DNA from: Chloroflexota bacterium
GTDB lineage: Bacteria > Chloroflexota > Anaerolineae > J102
Direction: 5' to 3'
Assembly: GCA_029782215.1 (NCBI GenBank)
Contig: JAKOVD010000022.1
Span: forward strand, 5,165 to 69,164
Length of the DNA stretch: 64,000 bases
Both the position numbers and the translations under genes were made by a program. Below the pieces are notes generated by a model. That model did not search any database. It saw nothing but the letters and a program-made list of their open reading frames with translations, and was not told where the DNA came from. Of the stretch, positions 17,535 through 26,895 are shown one piece after another (the first letter of the stretch is position 1; every line of letters begins with the position of its first letter).

Positions 17535-18220
17535 GGGCGATCAATGCCCAGGTAGGGAACAACCTGCGCCAGAGTGCTGCCCACTGAAGTGCGCTCATCC
17601 CGGCGGAAGATGCGAATACCGGTCGCCTGGCACTGCTCATGAATGAGGCGCGACATCAGGGCGTCGAAGCTCAGAAACCGGCGCCACGCTGCTGCGGGGT
17701 CAGGCAGCCGCCCAATCATCTCCTTCATGAACTGCCGATCAGGATCTTCCTCCCAGGCGCCGGCACTGAGAGACAGCGCTGCCTCCAGGCACGCGATCTG
17801 GCCCGGCGGCGCCGCCTGCACCAGCAGATCGGGATCTGTAACCCAACCGTCAACCAGGAGCGCCTGGTCGGGCGGGGTTCCGGCCAGATCGCCGGCCAGC
17901 AGGTCCAGGAACTCGGCGGTCGCGGCCTGATTGAAGGCAATGAAGTCGCCTTCCGGCAGCCCCAACATCCAGGCAAAAGAATCAGGCGCCGTGAACCAGG
18001 CGGAAATGGCAGGATGACGGTGCTGGGTGCAACGTTGGGGATAGTCGGTGAAGACGTGTTCATCCATATCATAGACGGGAATGCCATGCTTGGCGCCGAT
18101 TTCCCGGCATACGGTCGACTTTCCGGCCCCCGACCCACCGATGATCCAGTAGACCTTGGCGCGGCCCGCCAACACGCTTTGCACCCCGGCAAGGAGCCGA
18201 TGATCGACGGAGACCGTCAT
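17531..18220 (-). CDS. P-loop NTPase (AAA/nucleoside kinase-like)
   Basis: Walker A IIGGSGAGKSTV near the N-terminus. The ATG at 18220 overlaps the DUF1684-like gene's stop, and its own stop overlaps the next start (ATGA). Confidence 0.65.
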   Translation of the reverse strand: MTVSVDHRLLAGVQSVLAGRAKVYWIIGGSGAGKSTVCREIGAKHGIPVYDMDEHVFTDYPQRCTQHRHPAISAWFTAPDSFAWMLGLPEGDFIAFNQAATAEFLDLLAGDLAGTPPDQALLVDGWVTDPDLLVQAAPPGQIACLEAALSLSAGAWEEDPDRQFMKEMIGRLPDPAAAWRRFLSFDALMSRLIHEQCQATGIRIFRRDERTSVGSTLAQVVPYLGIDRP

Positions 18221-18855
18221 TGCGCCTCCGGGACCTTCTCCCCGGCCTCGACGGCAAAGGGGAGCGTGTTTTCTGGCGGCGCCAGGGGACACACCCAGCG
18301 GTCGTTGTAGGCGCAGGAGGGGTTATAGGCGTAATTGAAATCCAGGACCATATCGTGTTCGCCGGCTCCCAGGTCGGCGCCCTTGATCGTGTCGTAAAGA
18401 TAGCGTCCCCCGCCGTAAGTCGACCGTCCCGAGGTGGCATCCCGGAAGGGCAGGAACAGCCCGCCGCCGTAGCCCTGGATCCAGTACAGGCTCAACTCGC
18501 CTTTCATCCCTCGCACCTCAAAACGCACCCGCGCCACCCTTGTATAGCGCAACAGGCCATCGGCCGGAAGGTCCACCGTGAAGGTCTCAGGCGCCACCTC
18601 CCTCTCACAGATGCCTGTCGTTCGCCACGCCGGGTCATAGGCGAAATGGGACAGACCCGCGAACACCTCCCGCTGTTCCGCGGCCAGCGGGCTCTGCGGG
18701 TGCGTTGCGAACAGGATGTCGCGGGCCGAGCGAAAGGTTTCGCAAGCCCTCGGCTGCCCGGCAGGCGGCGCCCGGCGGACGGCCTGGTACAGCTCCGCCA
18801 TACTGCGCCGCCAGTGCGCCAGGGTGAACGGGTTGTCAGGCAGGATCGGAGCCAT
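18217..18855 (-). CDS. DUF1684-like protein
   Basis: ...WRR...LF..HPQSPL..., LYWIQGYGGGLFLPFRDATSG..TYGGGRYL and AYNPSCAYNDRWVCPLAP are characteristic of DUF1684. Confidence 0.7.
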   Translation of the reverse strand: MAPILPDNPFTLAHWRRSMAELYQAVRRAPPAGQPRACETFRSARDILFATHPQSPLAAEQREVFAGLSHFAYDPAWRTTGICEREVAPETFTVDLPADGLLRYTRVARVRFEVRGMKGELSLYWIQGYGGGLFLPFRDATSGRSTYGGGRYLYDTIKGADLGAGEHDMVLDFNYAYNPSCAYNDRWVCPLAPPENTLPFAVEAGEKVPEAQ

Positions 18856-19005
18856 GAGGTGGGTTGGCAAGTGCGGCAATGCTCGGTGTGCCTGCGACGC
18901 CGACAGCGTACAACCGGGCAGCGCCCCAGGCAAATCCCCTGGGAACGCCGAGCTCCAGCGCGGCCCTGGTAGTATCCTGTCTTGAACTCAGGCCATTGCG
19001 CTGGC

Positions 19006-19392
19006 CTAACCTCGTTCGCGGGTATAGAAGAACGTGAAGGCCACGGCAAAGGCGCCCAGGATGATGGCGTTCACCCAGCCGAAGGTAGGCAAACCGGCAA
19101 AGAGCAAGGCCCAGAGCATGACGAGGGTACCAAGGGTTGCCCAGGCGATCTCCGTCTGCACCACGATCCTGACCCTCTCCCAGAGCACGGCCCGGTACGC
19201 CCACCAGGAGCTGGCGCCAAAGGCTAGGATGGCGGCGCCGAGCAGGCGATAGACGGGCGGCTCCTGGATCGGCCAGTTGACCAGGTTCCCCCAGGGAGCC
19301 GGAATCAGCAGGTAGATCAGCCCGATCACGAGGGCGACGATAAAGTGGAGCAGGAACGTGAGTCTGAGTCCGGAGGACATCTGCTTGTCCAT
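19006..19392 (-). CDS. Hypothetical 4-TM membrane protein
   Basis: 128-aa hydrophobic ORF with a GGAG RBS. Confidence 0.6.
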   Translation of the reverse strand: MDKQMSSGLRLTFLLHFIVALVIGLIYLLIPAPWGNLVNWPIQEPPVYRLLGAAILAFGASSWWAYRAVLWERVRIVVQTEIAWATLGTLVMLWALLFAGLPTFGWVNAIILGAFAVAFTFFYTRERG

Positions 19393-19440
19393 GGCGACAA
19401 CTCCTTATGTAAGGTCAGACAGGTGAGGGTTTGCGATTCG

Positions 19441-21990
19441 TTATTGGCTGTGCAGCAGCAGAGGCAGCGCCAGCCGGTAGGATGGTGGCGTCGCCGTGGC
19501 GGTCGGGGTCACGGTGGCAGTTGGGGTTGCCGTGGGCGACGCCGTGGCGGTTGGGGTCGGGGTTTGCGTGGGCGTCAACGTAGCGCTGGGGGTCACGGTC
19601 GGTGTGGGCGTGGGGGGCGGCGGCAGCCAGCGCTGGCCATAGATGTCCCAACTGTTCTGGCGGAAGTCCTGCCAGGCGATCAGCACTTCTCCGTTGGCGG
19701 TGTTCACCGCCAGCGCCGCGTTCGTCTGGAACTCCGGCGCCGTGCTCACAGCAAAGCCGTCGCCGAGTGGCACGCCCGCGCCGGAAACCTGCCGGCCGTA
19801 GACATCCCAATCCGTCGTGTCGTGGTACTCGTGCCAGACGACTGTGAACTCACCGGCGTGACTGTTGTAGACCACTTCCGGCATCGTCTCACTGTTGCGC
19901 GTGGTGCTGATGGCAAACGCGTCTCCCTTCGGGTTGCCTGCACTATCCAGCAACCGCCCCTGAATGTCTGCATGCTCCTCCCTCACCAACAGATAGAGTT
20001 GGCCTGCCTCATTGTAGGCAAGGGAAAAGTAAGGCGTGCCGGCGGCCTCCGCCACGAAGAACTCCGGGCCGAGGACAGCGCCAGCGCCGCTGATGCGCCG
20101 CCCCCGCAGCTCATTGGTCTGCTCGGCCCAGACGACCAGGCTCTCCTCCTGCTGGGGGCTATAGGCCACGCGGGGTGAACCCTGAAAACCAGGGCCGGAA
20201 AGTGTCAACAGCGGTCCGGAAAGCGTACCGTTTCCTGCAATGCGTTGGCCGCGTACATCCCACAGGCGATCGCTCATCGACCCTGTCCATGCCACCAGGT
20301 ATTCACCGGTATTCCGGTTCCACAGCACGGCGGGCGAGTCCGCGCTGCTGTCTGCACCCATTTGGCTCGACACCCACACAGTGCCACCCACAAGCTGGCC
20401 TGACGCACCGACACGTTGTCCGTAAACATAGGTACGCGACACGCCGCTCCAGAGGCGTTGTTCAACCCAGACCACGAAAAACTCACTGCGTTGGGCGTTG
20501 TGAGCCACCGCCGGCATCAGGTGTACTTGACCTGCGGTGCTAATGGTGATCTCCTGACCCAGCAGCTGGCCTTGGGCTGACACCAGGCGGCCACGGATCT
20601 CGTAATCCTGTCCAGAGCGAAAGTCGGACCACGCCACCAGATACTCGCTGTTCTGCTCGTCGTAGGCGAGTGTGGAATTTTCCTGCCCTTTGCGCGCAGC
20701 GCAGACCAGAATAGACGTGCCTACCAGGGTGCGGTCGCTGCGCACGCGTTGGGCCATGATGTCGACGCTGGGGCCAAGCGCCGTGTCTGCCCATACCGCC
20801 AGGTACTCATCGCTGCCACTACGATGGGTCAGCGCAGGAGCCCACCGTCCGCCGAGAACCCTGCGCAGGTCGAAGGAACCTGTGATGGCGCCCGCACCCG
20901 TCAAAGTCGTTGCGCGCAGGTGGTTCCCCGCGGTTCCCACTATGCGATCGGCTTCATAGGCGACCAGGAACTGATCGGCGTTGTCGCTGGCGGAAATCGC
21001 GGGGTCCCCATCATCAATGCTACCTGCAAACAGAACCAGATTGGGGCCCTGCGCTTGTCCGGTGTTGGCCAGCACCTGGCCGTAGACATCCCCGTTTGGG
21101 CCACCACGTTTGTCCGACCACACGACCACATAGTGATTGCTTGCCTTGCCGTAGGCAACGCGGGGCTGCAGTTGATCCCCCACCGCCGCACACACTGTCA
21201 CCAAGTCGCCGGCAGGGGTGAGATCAACGCCCAGTGCCTGCGCCATGATGTCCCATTCCGAGCCGTTGTGTCTTTCCGACCAGACTGCCAGGAAGCGGTC
21301 GGCCTTGCTGTCATAGGCAATATCGGGCAGATCGCCTTGAGCATCGGAGGGGATCAGACGCATGGGCGTAGTCAGAGGACTGCCGGTCGTGTCATAGGCT
21401 CGTGCGTAGACGGCCAATACCCCACCGGTTTCCTCCCTCCAGACGATGACGCAGCGACCTCCTCCACAGGCCAGGCGGGGAAGCTCTGCATCACCAGTGC
21501 TCGCGTCCACAACAGTCTCGTCGCCAACCGGCGTAGTCACCGAAGAGAGACGGCGCACCCGAATATGGTAGCCCGTTCCAGAACGGCCGTCCTGCCAGAC
21601 GACCCAGTATTGATCACTTTGGGCATCGTAGGCGAGACTCGGATACAACTGGTGCTGCCCGGCTTCGGTGACGACGATGACAGCGGGAGAAACGACGCCA
21701 GAGGTCGATACCTCGCGCGCATAAATGTTGTACCCTGTGGCTGCCATCATCCCTTGCCAGGCCACCAGGTACTGCCCACGCTGAGGATTGTAGGCAACAC
21801 TGGGTTCACCGAGCGACGCGGCACGCGACACCACGTCAGGATGATCAGCGATCGGGAAGTTGTCACCGATGAGGTCCTGGGGTCCGACCGGCGAACGGGC
21901 GGCGGACGGCGCCGCCGGGGACGCCAGCACTGCCGCCACGACGAACAAGCTGCTTGCCAAAAGCAGCGGCACTATCCACTTGCGGTGCAT
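19441..21990 (-). CDS. Secreted repeat protein: signal peptide, 14 repeats of ~55 aa (propeller-like), PT-rich linker, short hydrophobic C-terminal tail
   Basis: AAGGAGG RBS before the ATG at 21990. Signal peptide MHRKWIVPLLLASSLFVVAAVLASPAAPSAA. 14 units share the core (V/L)AY(N/D)....(E/Q)(Y/F)LV(A/V)W.D.R.G..(W/Y)D(I/V).(G/A)(Q/R)(R/L)(V/I)...G...G. The sequence ends LPPPPTPTPTVTPSATLTPTQTPTPTATASPTATPTATVTPTATATPPSYRLALPLLLHSQ. Confidence 0.8.
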   Translation of the reverse strand: MHRKWIVPLLLASSLFVVAAVLASPAAPSAARSPVGPQDLIGDNFPIADHPDVVSRAASLGEPSVAYNPQRGQYLVAWQGMMAATGYNIYAREVSTSGVVSPAVIVVTEAGQHQLYPSLAYDAQSDQYWVVWQDGRSGTGYHIRVRRLSSVTTPVGDETVVDASTGDAELPRLACGGGRCVIVWREETGGVLAVYARAYDTTGSPLTTPMRLIPSDAQGDLPDIAYDSKADRFLAVWSERHNGSEWDIMAQALGVDLTPAGDLVTVCAAVGDQLQPRVAYGKASNHYVVVWSDKRGGPNGDVYGQVLANTGQAQGPNLVLFAGSIDDGDPAISASDNADQFLVAYEADRIVGTAGNHLRATTLTGAGAITGSFDLRRVLGGRWAPALTHRSGSDEYLAVWADTALGPSVDIMAQRVRSDRTLVGTSILVCAARKGQENSTLAYDEQNSEYLVAWSDFRSGQDYEIRGRLVSAQGQLLGQEITISTAGQVHLMPAVAHNAQRSEFFVVWVEQRLWSGVSRTYVYGQRVGASGQLVGGTVWVSSQMGADSSADSPAVLWNRNTGEYLVAWTGSMSDRLWDVRGQRIAGNGTLSGPLLTLSGPGFQGSPRVAYSPQQEESLVVWAEQTNELRGRRISGAGAVLGPEFFVAEAAGTPYFSLAYNEAGQLYLLVREEHADIQGRLLDSAGNPKGDAFAISTTRNSETMPEVVYNSHAGEFTVVWHEYHDTTDWDVYGRQVSGAGVPLGDGFAVSTAPEFQTNAALAVNTANGEVLIAWQDFRQNSWDIYGQRWLPPPPTPTPTVTPSATLTPTQTPTPTATASPTATPTATVTPTATATPPSYRLALPLLLHSQ
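19627..21873 (-). repeat. Coding tandem repeats (14 units of ~165 nt, diverged) within the secreted protein gene
   Basis: Repeat cores read from the translation: YLVAWQG, YWVVWQD, CVIVWRE, FLAVWSE, YVVVWSD, FLVAYEA, YLAVWAD, YLVAWSD, FFVVWVE, YLVAWTG, SLVVWAE, LYLLVRE, FTVVWHE, VLIAWQD. Confidence 0.75.
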
Positions 21991-22139
21991 GAAGCACCTC
22001 CTTGCGGTGATCAGAAGGAATCGCCGCCTGCGCGAACACAAGGAGATAAGTCGACTTGTGCAACTCTGCACTTGCTATTGTAATCGTTTTTACATCCGTC
22101 TTCTGTGAGGGTGCATCCAGCGCCGCAAGCGGCCTCCTT

Positions 22140-22166
22140 TTGAGCTGGCGTCGATCACGCTACAAT
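22140..22166 (+). promoter_or_regulatory. Candidate sigma70-type promoter for the cyclase gene
   Basis: TTGAGC-15 nt-TACAAT, about 70 nt upstream of the ATG at 22237. Confidence 0.3.
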
Positions 22167-22236
22167 GGGGGCGCCAGCAGTGGCGCGGTTTGGGCGCGGC
22201 GACTCTGAAGACCGTCACCCGACCACGGAGGGTCCA

Positions 22237-25200
22237 ATGGCAGACCTGCCTTCCGGCACAGTGACCTTTCTCTTCACCGATATCGAGGGCAGCACTCGGC
22301 TGTACCAGCAATACCCGGCTGCCACGACCACGGCCCTGAGACGCCATCAGGCCCTCCTTGAGGGCGTGATCGCAGGACAGCGCGGTTGGGTCTTCCAGGT
22401 GATCGGCGACGCCCTCTGCGCGGCCTTCGCCGACGCGGGGCAGGCGCTGGCAGCGGCCTTGGCCGGGCAGCGCGCGCTCCTGGCCGAACCGTGGGGTGAG
22501 ATCGGAGCACTGCGGGTGCGGATGGGCCTGCACACAGGCCCGGCCGAAGTGCGCGGCGACGACTATGTTTCCAGCCTGACCCTGGTGCGCGTACAGCGGG
22601 TCATGTCGGCAGGGCACGGCGGCCAGATCCTGCTCTCCAGCACGGCGGCGACCGGCGTGCTGGACCGGCTTCCCCCCGGCGTGACGCTGCGCAACCTGGG
22701 AGGGCAGCGGCTGAGGGGCCTCACGCAGCCGGAGCAGATCTACCAGGTGGTGGCGCCCGGCCTGGCCGTGGACTTCCCGCCCCTGCGGGGCGTCGCACCC
22801 CCGGCCGGCGATGACGGAGACAGCCCCCTCCTGGACTTCCTGGTGCGCGATCAACTCGTTGGCCGCGCCCATGAGGTGGGGCAACTACAGCGGCACTGGG
22901 ACCACGCCCTCCAGGCCCACGGCCACCTGCTCGTGATGTCGGGTGAGCCGGGAATCGGCAAGACACGGCTGGCCCTGGAGCTGATCAGCCAGGCACAGCA
23001 AGCCGGAGCCGTGGTGATGCGAGGTGGCTGCTACGAGTTCGAGGCCACCACACCCTATCTTCCCTTTGTCGAGGCCATCAGGGATTGGGTGCACGCGCAG
23101 CCCGAGGAGGCGCTGCGCCGGGCCCTGGCAGCGACGGCGCCCGAGTTGGCTCGCCTGGCGCCTGAGATCGAGACCAGGCTGGGTCCTCTGCCGCTCAGCC
23201 CTGTGCTGCCGCCCAACGAAGAACGCCTGCGGCTGTTCGATTATGTGGCCCGATTCCTGCACGACCTCGCTTCCCCGGCGGGGCTGCTCTTCTTCCTCGA
23301 TGACCTGCATTGGGCCGATCAGGGCTCCCTGAGTCTGCTGAGCTACCTGCTGCGGCGGCTGCGCGACAATAGGGTGCTCTTCCTGGCCGCCTACCGCGAG
23401 GTAGAGCTCGACCGCAGCCACCCGCTGGCCGCCGTACTGGTGGACTGGAACCGCGAGCGGCTGGCAACCCGCCTGACGCTGGGGCGCCTGAGCGAGCTGG
23501 ACACAGCGCAGCAACTGGCAGGGCTCCTCGGCCGCGCCCAGGTCAGCGACGAGTTCAATGCCGTCATCTTCCGCGAGACGGAGGGAAACCCCTTCTTTGT
23601 GGAGGAAGTGGTCAAGGCGCTGATCGAGCAGGGGGCGATCTACCGGGAGCAGGGTGAGTGGAAACGCAAAGGCATCGGCGAGCTGGCCGTCCCCCAGAGC
23701 ATCAAGGAAGCGATCGGACGCCGTCTCAACCGGCTCAGTCATGCCGCCGGCGACGTCCTGGCTGCGGCGGCGGCGTTGGGCAAGCAGTTTGAGTTCGCCG
23801 AGTTGGCGGCTGCCAGCCCGGAGCGGGAAGATGCGCTGCTGGACGCGCTGGATGAGGCGGCGGCGGCGCAGTTGATCGCGCCCGGCAATGGCGACAGTTT
23901 CCGTTTCACGCACGACAAGATCCGCGAGGTGTTGGTCGAGGAGATGAATCCGATCCGGCGCCGCCGGCTGCACCGCCGCATCGGCGAGGGCCTGGAACGG
24001 CTGTATGCGAGCCATGCCGGCGGGCAGGCGCAGGTGCTGGCCTATCACTTCAGCCAGGGCGGCGACTTGCAGCGGACGCTCACCTACTCGCTGGAGGCGG
24101 CAGCTAATGCGGAAAAGGTGTATGCCCACGACGAGGCGCTGACTTTTTTCCGGCAGGCACGCGAGGCCGCCGACGAGCTGGGTCTGGAGGAGGAAGTTGC
24201 GGCCATTGACGGCCGGATCGGCGACGCCTACATTGTCCAGGGCGAGACAAACAAGGCAGTGGCGGCGCTCACGTCGGCGCTGGCCGGAACCCTGGCGCCC
24301 TCAAGGCGGGCGGCCATCAAGGTCAAGATCGGCCTGACCTACTGCCATGTGGGAGACCAGCGCGGGCTGCCCTTCGTCGAGGAGGCGCTGGCGGAGCTCG
24401 ACCCTGCCACGCAGGTGAACGAGGTGGCACGCGCCAAGGCGGCAATCGGGCGTTACCACCACTTTCGGGCCGAGCACCGGCTGGCGCTCACCCACCTGGA
24501 CGCCGCCTACCGTCTGGCCGAGACGGCTGGCTCTCCATCCACCCTGATGAACATCTACTCGTACCTCGCCGGCGCTCACCAGCACCTGGCGGAATACGAG
24601 GAGAGTGACCGTTGGGCGCAGGCCAGCATCGCCCTGGGCGAACGCCACAGCTACCCCGTCGCTGTGGCCGTAGGCCACGAGTTCATGGCAGAGAACGCCA
24701 TGCAGCGCGGGCTCCTGGCAGAGCAGCTTTATCACGCCGGGCTTGACCAGGAGATCGGCGAACGGATCGGGGCGCAGGATCGCGTGGCCTGGTCGAGCTA
24801 TGTGCGTGCCAATGCCCTGTGGAGCCAGGGTCGCCTGACAGACGCGCTGGCAGTCGTCCGTGATGGGCTGCAACTGGCCGAACGCATCGGCGAGAAGCGC
24901 CTCGCCACCTGGCTGGACCCCTTCCAGGCCATGATTCTGGCTGACCTCGACGACGACGCCGCCGCCGAGGAATGCGCCCGCTCCGGTCTGGCACGCGCCG
25001 AAGCGCTGGGACAGGTGACGCTGCACGCGTGGGCGCTCAATGCCTGGGCCTACGCCCTGCAGCGGCGCCGGGCATGGGAGGAAGCCTTGCAGCGCCAGAA
25101 AGAAGCGATGGCGCTGTGGCGAACAAGCGATAGCCTGGTGGCCGTGAGCAGCAGCCATGCCTACGTGGCCGAGTCTTATGTCGAGCTTGGTCACAGCAAC

Positions 25201-25542
25201 GAGGCCATGCGGCTCCTCGATGAACTCCGGTGGCTGGCGGAACGCGCCCATTCGCCCGGTCCCCTGGCCATCGGCAGGCGCGTGGGGGCCAGGGCCCTGG
25301 ACGCTGCCGGTCGCGGGGAGGAGGCGCTGGGCGCTTTTGCGCAGGCCATCGCCGACCTGGACCGCCTTGGCTTCCGCCTGCAGTTTGGCCGGGCATTGGT
25401 GCAGCGGGCGGCTCTGTGGCGCCAACGCGGCGATGTCGATCAGGCGCGACATGATGCTGCGCGGGCCAGGGACCTCTTCAGCGAATACGGCGCCGCCCGC
25501 GACCATGCCGGGGCTGAGGCCCTGCTGGCGGACTGGCGCTGA
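22237..25542 (+). CDS. Class III adenylate/guanylate cyclase domain fused to an AAA/STAND-type ATPase and TPR repeats
   Basis: Cyclase core VTFLFTDIEGSTRL...VIGDALCAAF...RVRMGLHTG. P-loop MSGEPGIGKTRL with Walker B LLFFLDDLHWAD. The C-terminal ~500 aa are helical TPR-like repeats. There is no HTH. GGAGGG RBS. Confidence 0.85.
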   Translation: MADLPSGTVTFLFTDIEGSTRLYQQYPAATTTALRRHQALLEGVIAGQRGWVFQVIGDALCAAFADAGQALAAALAGQRALLAEPWGEIGALRVRMGLHTGPAEVRGDDYVSSLTLVRVQRVMSAGHGGQILLSSTAATGVLDRLPPGVTLRNLGGQRLRGLTQPEQIYQVVAPGLAVDFPPLRGVAPPAGDDGDSPLLDFLVRDQLVGRAHEVGQLQRHWDHALQAHGHLLVMSGEPGIGKTRLALELISQAQQAGAVVMRGGCYEFEATTPYLPFVEAIRDWVHAQPEEALRRALAATAPELARLAPEIETRLGPLPLSPVLPPNEERLRLFDYVARFLHDLASPAGLLFFLDDLHWADQGSLSLLSYLLRRLRDNRVLFLAAYREVELDRSHPLAAVLVDWNRERLATRLTLGRLSELDTAQQLAGLLGRAQVSDEFNAVIFRETEGNPFFVEEVVKALIEQGAIYREQGEWKRKGIGELAVPQSIKEAIGRRLNRLSHAAGDVLAAAAALGKQFEFAELAAASPEREDALLDALDEAAAAQLIAPGNGDSFRFTHDKIREVLVEEMNPIRRRRLHRRIGEGLERLYASHAGGQAQVLAYHFSQGGDLQRTLTYSLEAAANAEKVYAHDEALTFFRQAREAADELGLEEEVAAIDGRIGDAYIVQGETNKAVAALTSALAGTLAPSRRAAIKVKIGLTYCHVGDQRGLPFVEEALAELDPATQVNEVARAKAAIGRYHHFRAEHRLALTHLDAAYRLAETAGSPSTLMNIYSYLAGAHQHLAEYEESDRWAQASIALGERHSYPVAVAVGHEFMAENAMQRGLLAEQLYHAGLDQEIGERIGAQDRVAWSSYVRANALWSQGRLTDALAVVRDGLQLAERIGEKRLATWLDPFQAMILADLDDDAAAEECARSGLARAEALGQVTLHAWALNAWAYALQRRRAWEEALQRQKEAMALWRTSDSLVAVSSSHAYVAESYVELGHSNEAMRLLDELRWLAERAHSPGPLAIGRRVGARALDAAGRGEEALGAFAQAIADLDRLGFRLQFGRALVQRAALWRQRGDVDQARHDAARARDLFSEYGAARDHAGAEALLADWR

Positions 25543-25593
25543 ACGTCAGGAACTGCCCAGCCGCTGCCCGCAACAGCAGCCAGATGCTTACCC

Positions 25594-26895
25594 TCAAATG
25601 CCTGCGAGGTCCGATGCAGGAACGGACTCGACGTCCAGCCATGCCGATATCTGGTCAGCGATGTAGCCGGCGTCCTCCTCGATGCCGCAGATAATGCCCG
25701 ACTTGCGCTTGTGCAACCAGGGAAAGCCCAGGAAGTACAGGCCGGGCACCGGTGAGACGCCGCGCTCATGGAGGGGCTGGCCCTCGGCATCCAAGACCGG
25801 CAGGTGTAACCAGTGAAAGTTGCCGGTGAAACCGGTTGACCAGATCACCGTGCTGACGCCCGCTTCCTTGAGATCCAGTTGGCGCAGCGATGAGACGCAG
25901 GTCGCGTAGGGGTCAGGAAAATCGGCCGGGTCATGTTCGGGAGGCGGGGCGGCAGCACCAGTTCTGGCAATGTAGGCGTCAAGGTCGTCCTTGATTTGCT
26001 GCGAAGCTTCATCGGCGAAGCGCACGTGCGCAGCAGCGTCATCGCCGATCATCAGCAAATAGTCCTTCACATCCACCAGGCGGCCGAGAATGACGGCGCC
26101 GGCATGGCTCAACTGCTGCAAGCTGACAGTGTGGCCGAAGCGGCCCACTCCCGATATCTGTGGCTGGGGGAGGCGAGTCATGGCCGGGTCCTTCAGATCT
26201 GCCACAGTCTGATCCCAAAACCCGGACGTGAGCAGCCATTCCACAATGTCCCGGCCGCGATAGCGCCGCGGCGCACGACCGACCTTGCCAGTACATAAGT
26301 ACACCCTGCGCCCCGCCTCCAACAGATCCTCGGCAATCTGGCAGCCTGACTGGCCGCTGCCAACTATGACCACGGCTCCGGGCGGCAGCGCTGCCGCGCT
26401 GCGATATCCGGAGGTGTGCATCTGCATCAGGTCGCCGGGAATCCGGGTGTGCACCGGGGGCAGCTTTGGCGATTGCTGGCTGCCCGAGGCCACCACGACG
26501 GCGCGGGCAAACAGAGATGAAGCTGCCTGCTCGCCGCTGCGCAATCTGACCACAAAGTTCCTGCCATCGTCGCTGCGCTCAATGGCAAGCGCCGTGACGC
26601 CGGTGACGACAGGCAGCGAGAAGCGCTCGACATAGCGCCGCAGGTAGGCAACGAACTCGTCTCTTGTCCAGAAACCATCAGGATCGGGACCTTCATAGGG
26701 CAGGCCCGGCAGCGTACTGAGAACGTTGGGGGTATTGAGCTTGAAGGAGTCCCAGCGCTGAGACAGCCAACTCTCACCAACACGCCCTCGTTCCAGGACG
26801 ATGTGCCTGCGACCCGCCCGCTGCAAGTAGTAGCTGACGCCGAGGCCCGCCTGACCGGCGCCCACCACGACCACATCAAAGCCTGACTGTATCAT
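25594..26895 (-). CDS. FAD/NAD(P)-binding flavin-dependent monooxygenase-like oxidoreductase
   Basis: GxGxxG VVVVGAGQAGLG at the N-terminus and a second dinucleotide motif VIVGSGQSGCQIAEDL. GGAGG RBS before the ATG at 26895. Confidence 0.75.
   Translation of the reverse strand: MIQSGFDVVVVGAGQAGLGVSYYLQRAGRRHIVLERGRVGESWLSQRWDSFKLNTPNVLSTLPGLPYEGPDPDGFWTRDEFVAYLRRYVERFSLPVVTGVTALAIERSDDGRNFVVRLRSGEQAASSLFARAVVVASGSQQSPKLPPVHTRIPGDLMQMHTSGYRSAAALPPGAVVIVGSGQSGCQIAEDLLEAGRRVYLCTGKVGRAPRRYRGRDIVEWLLTSGFWDQTVADLKDPAMTRLPQPQISGVGRFGHTVSLQQLSHAGAVILGRLVDVKDYLLMIGDDAAAHVRFADEASQQIKDDLDAYIARTGAAAPPPEHDPADFPDPYATCVSSLRQLDLKEAGVSTVIWSTGFTGNFHWLHLPVLDAEGQPLHERGVSPVPGLYFLGFPWLHKRKSGIICGIEEDAGYIADQISAWLDVESVPASDLAGI

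Noticed and set aside
19444-19640. Short-period nucleotide repetition (ggtggc/gtcggggt/cgtggg-type units) that looked like a tandem repeat or array.
   Set aside because: It is the reverse complement of the in-frame Pro/Thr-rich linker (PTPTPTVTPSATLTPTQTPTPTATASPTATPTATVTPTATATP) of the secreted repeat protein. It has no spacer/repeat organisation and is not a CRISPR array.
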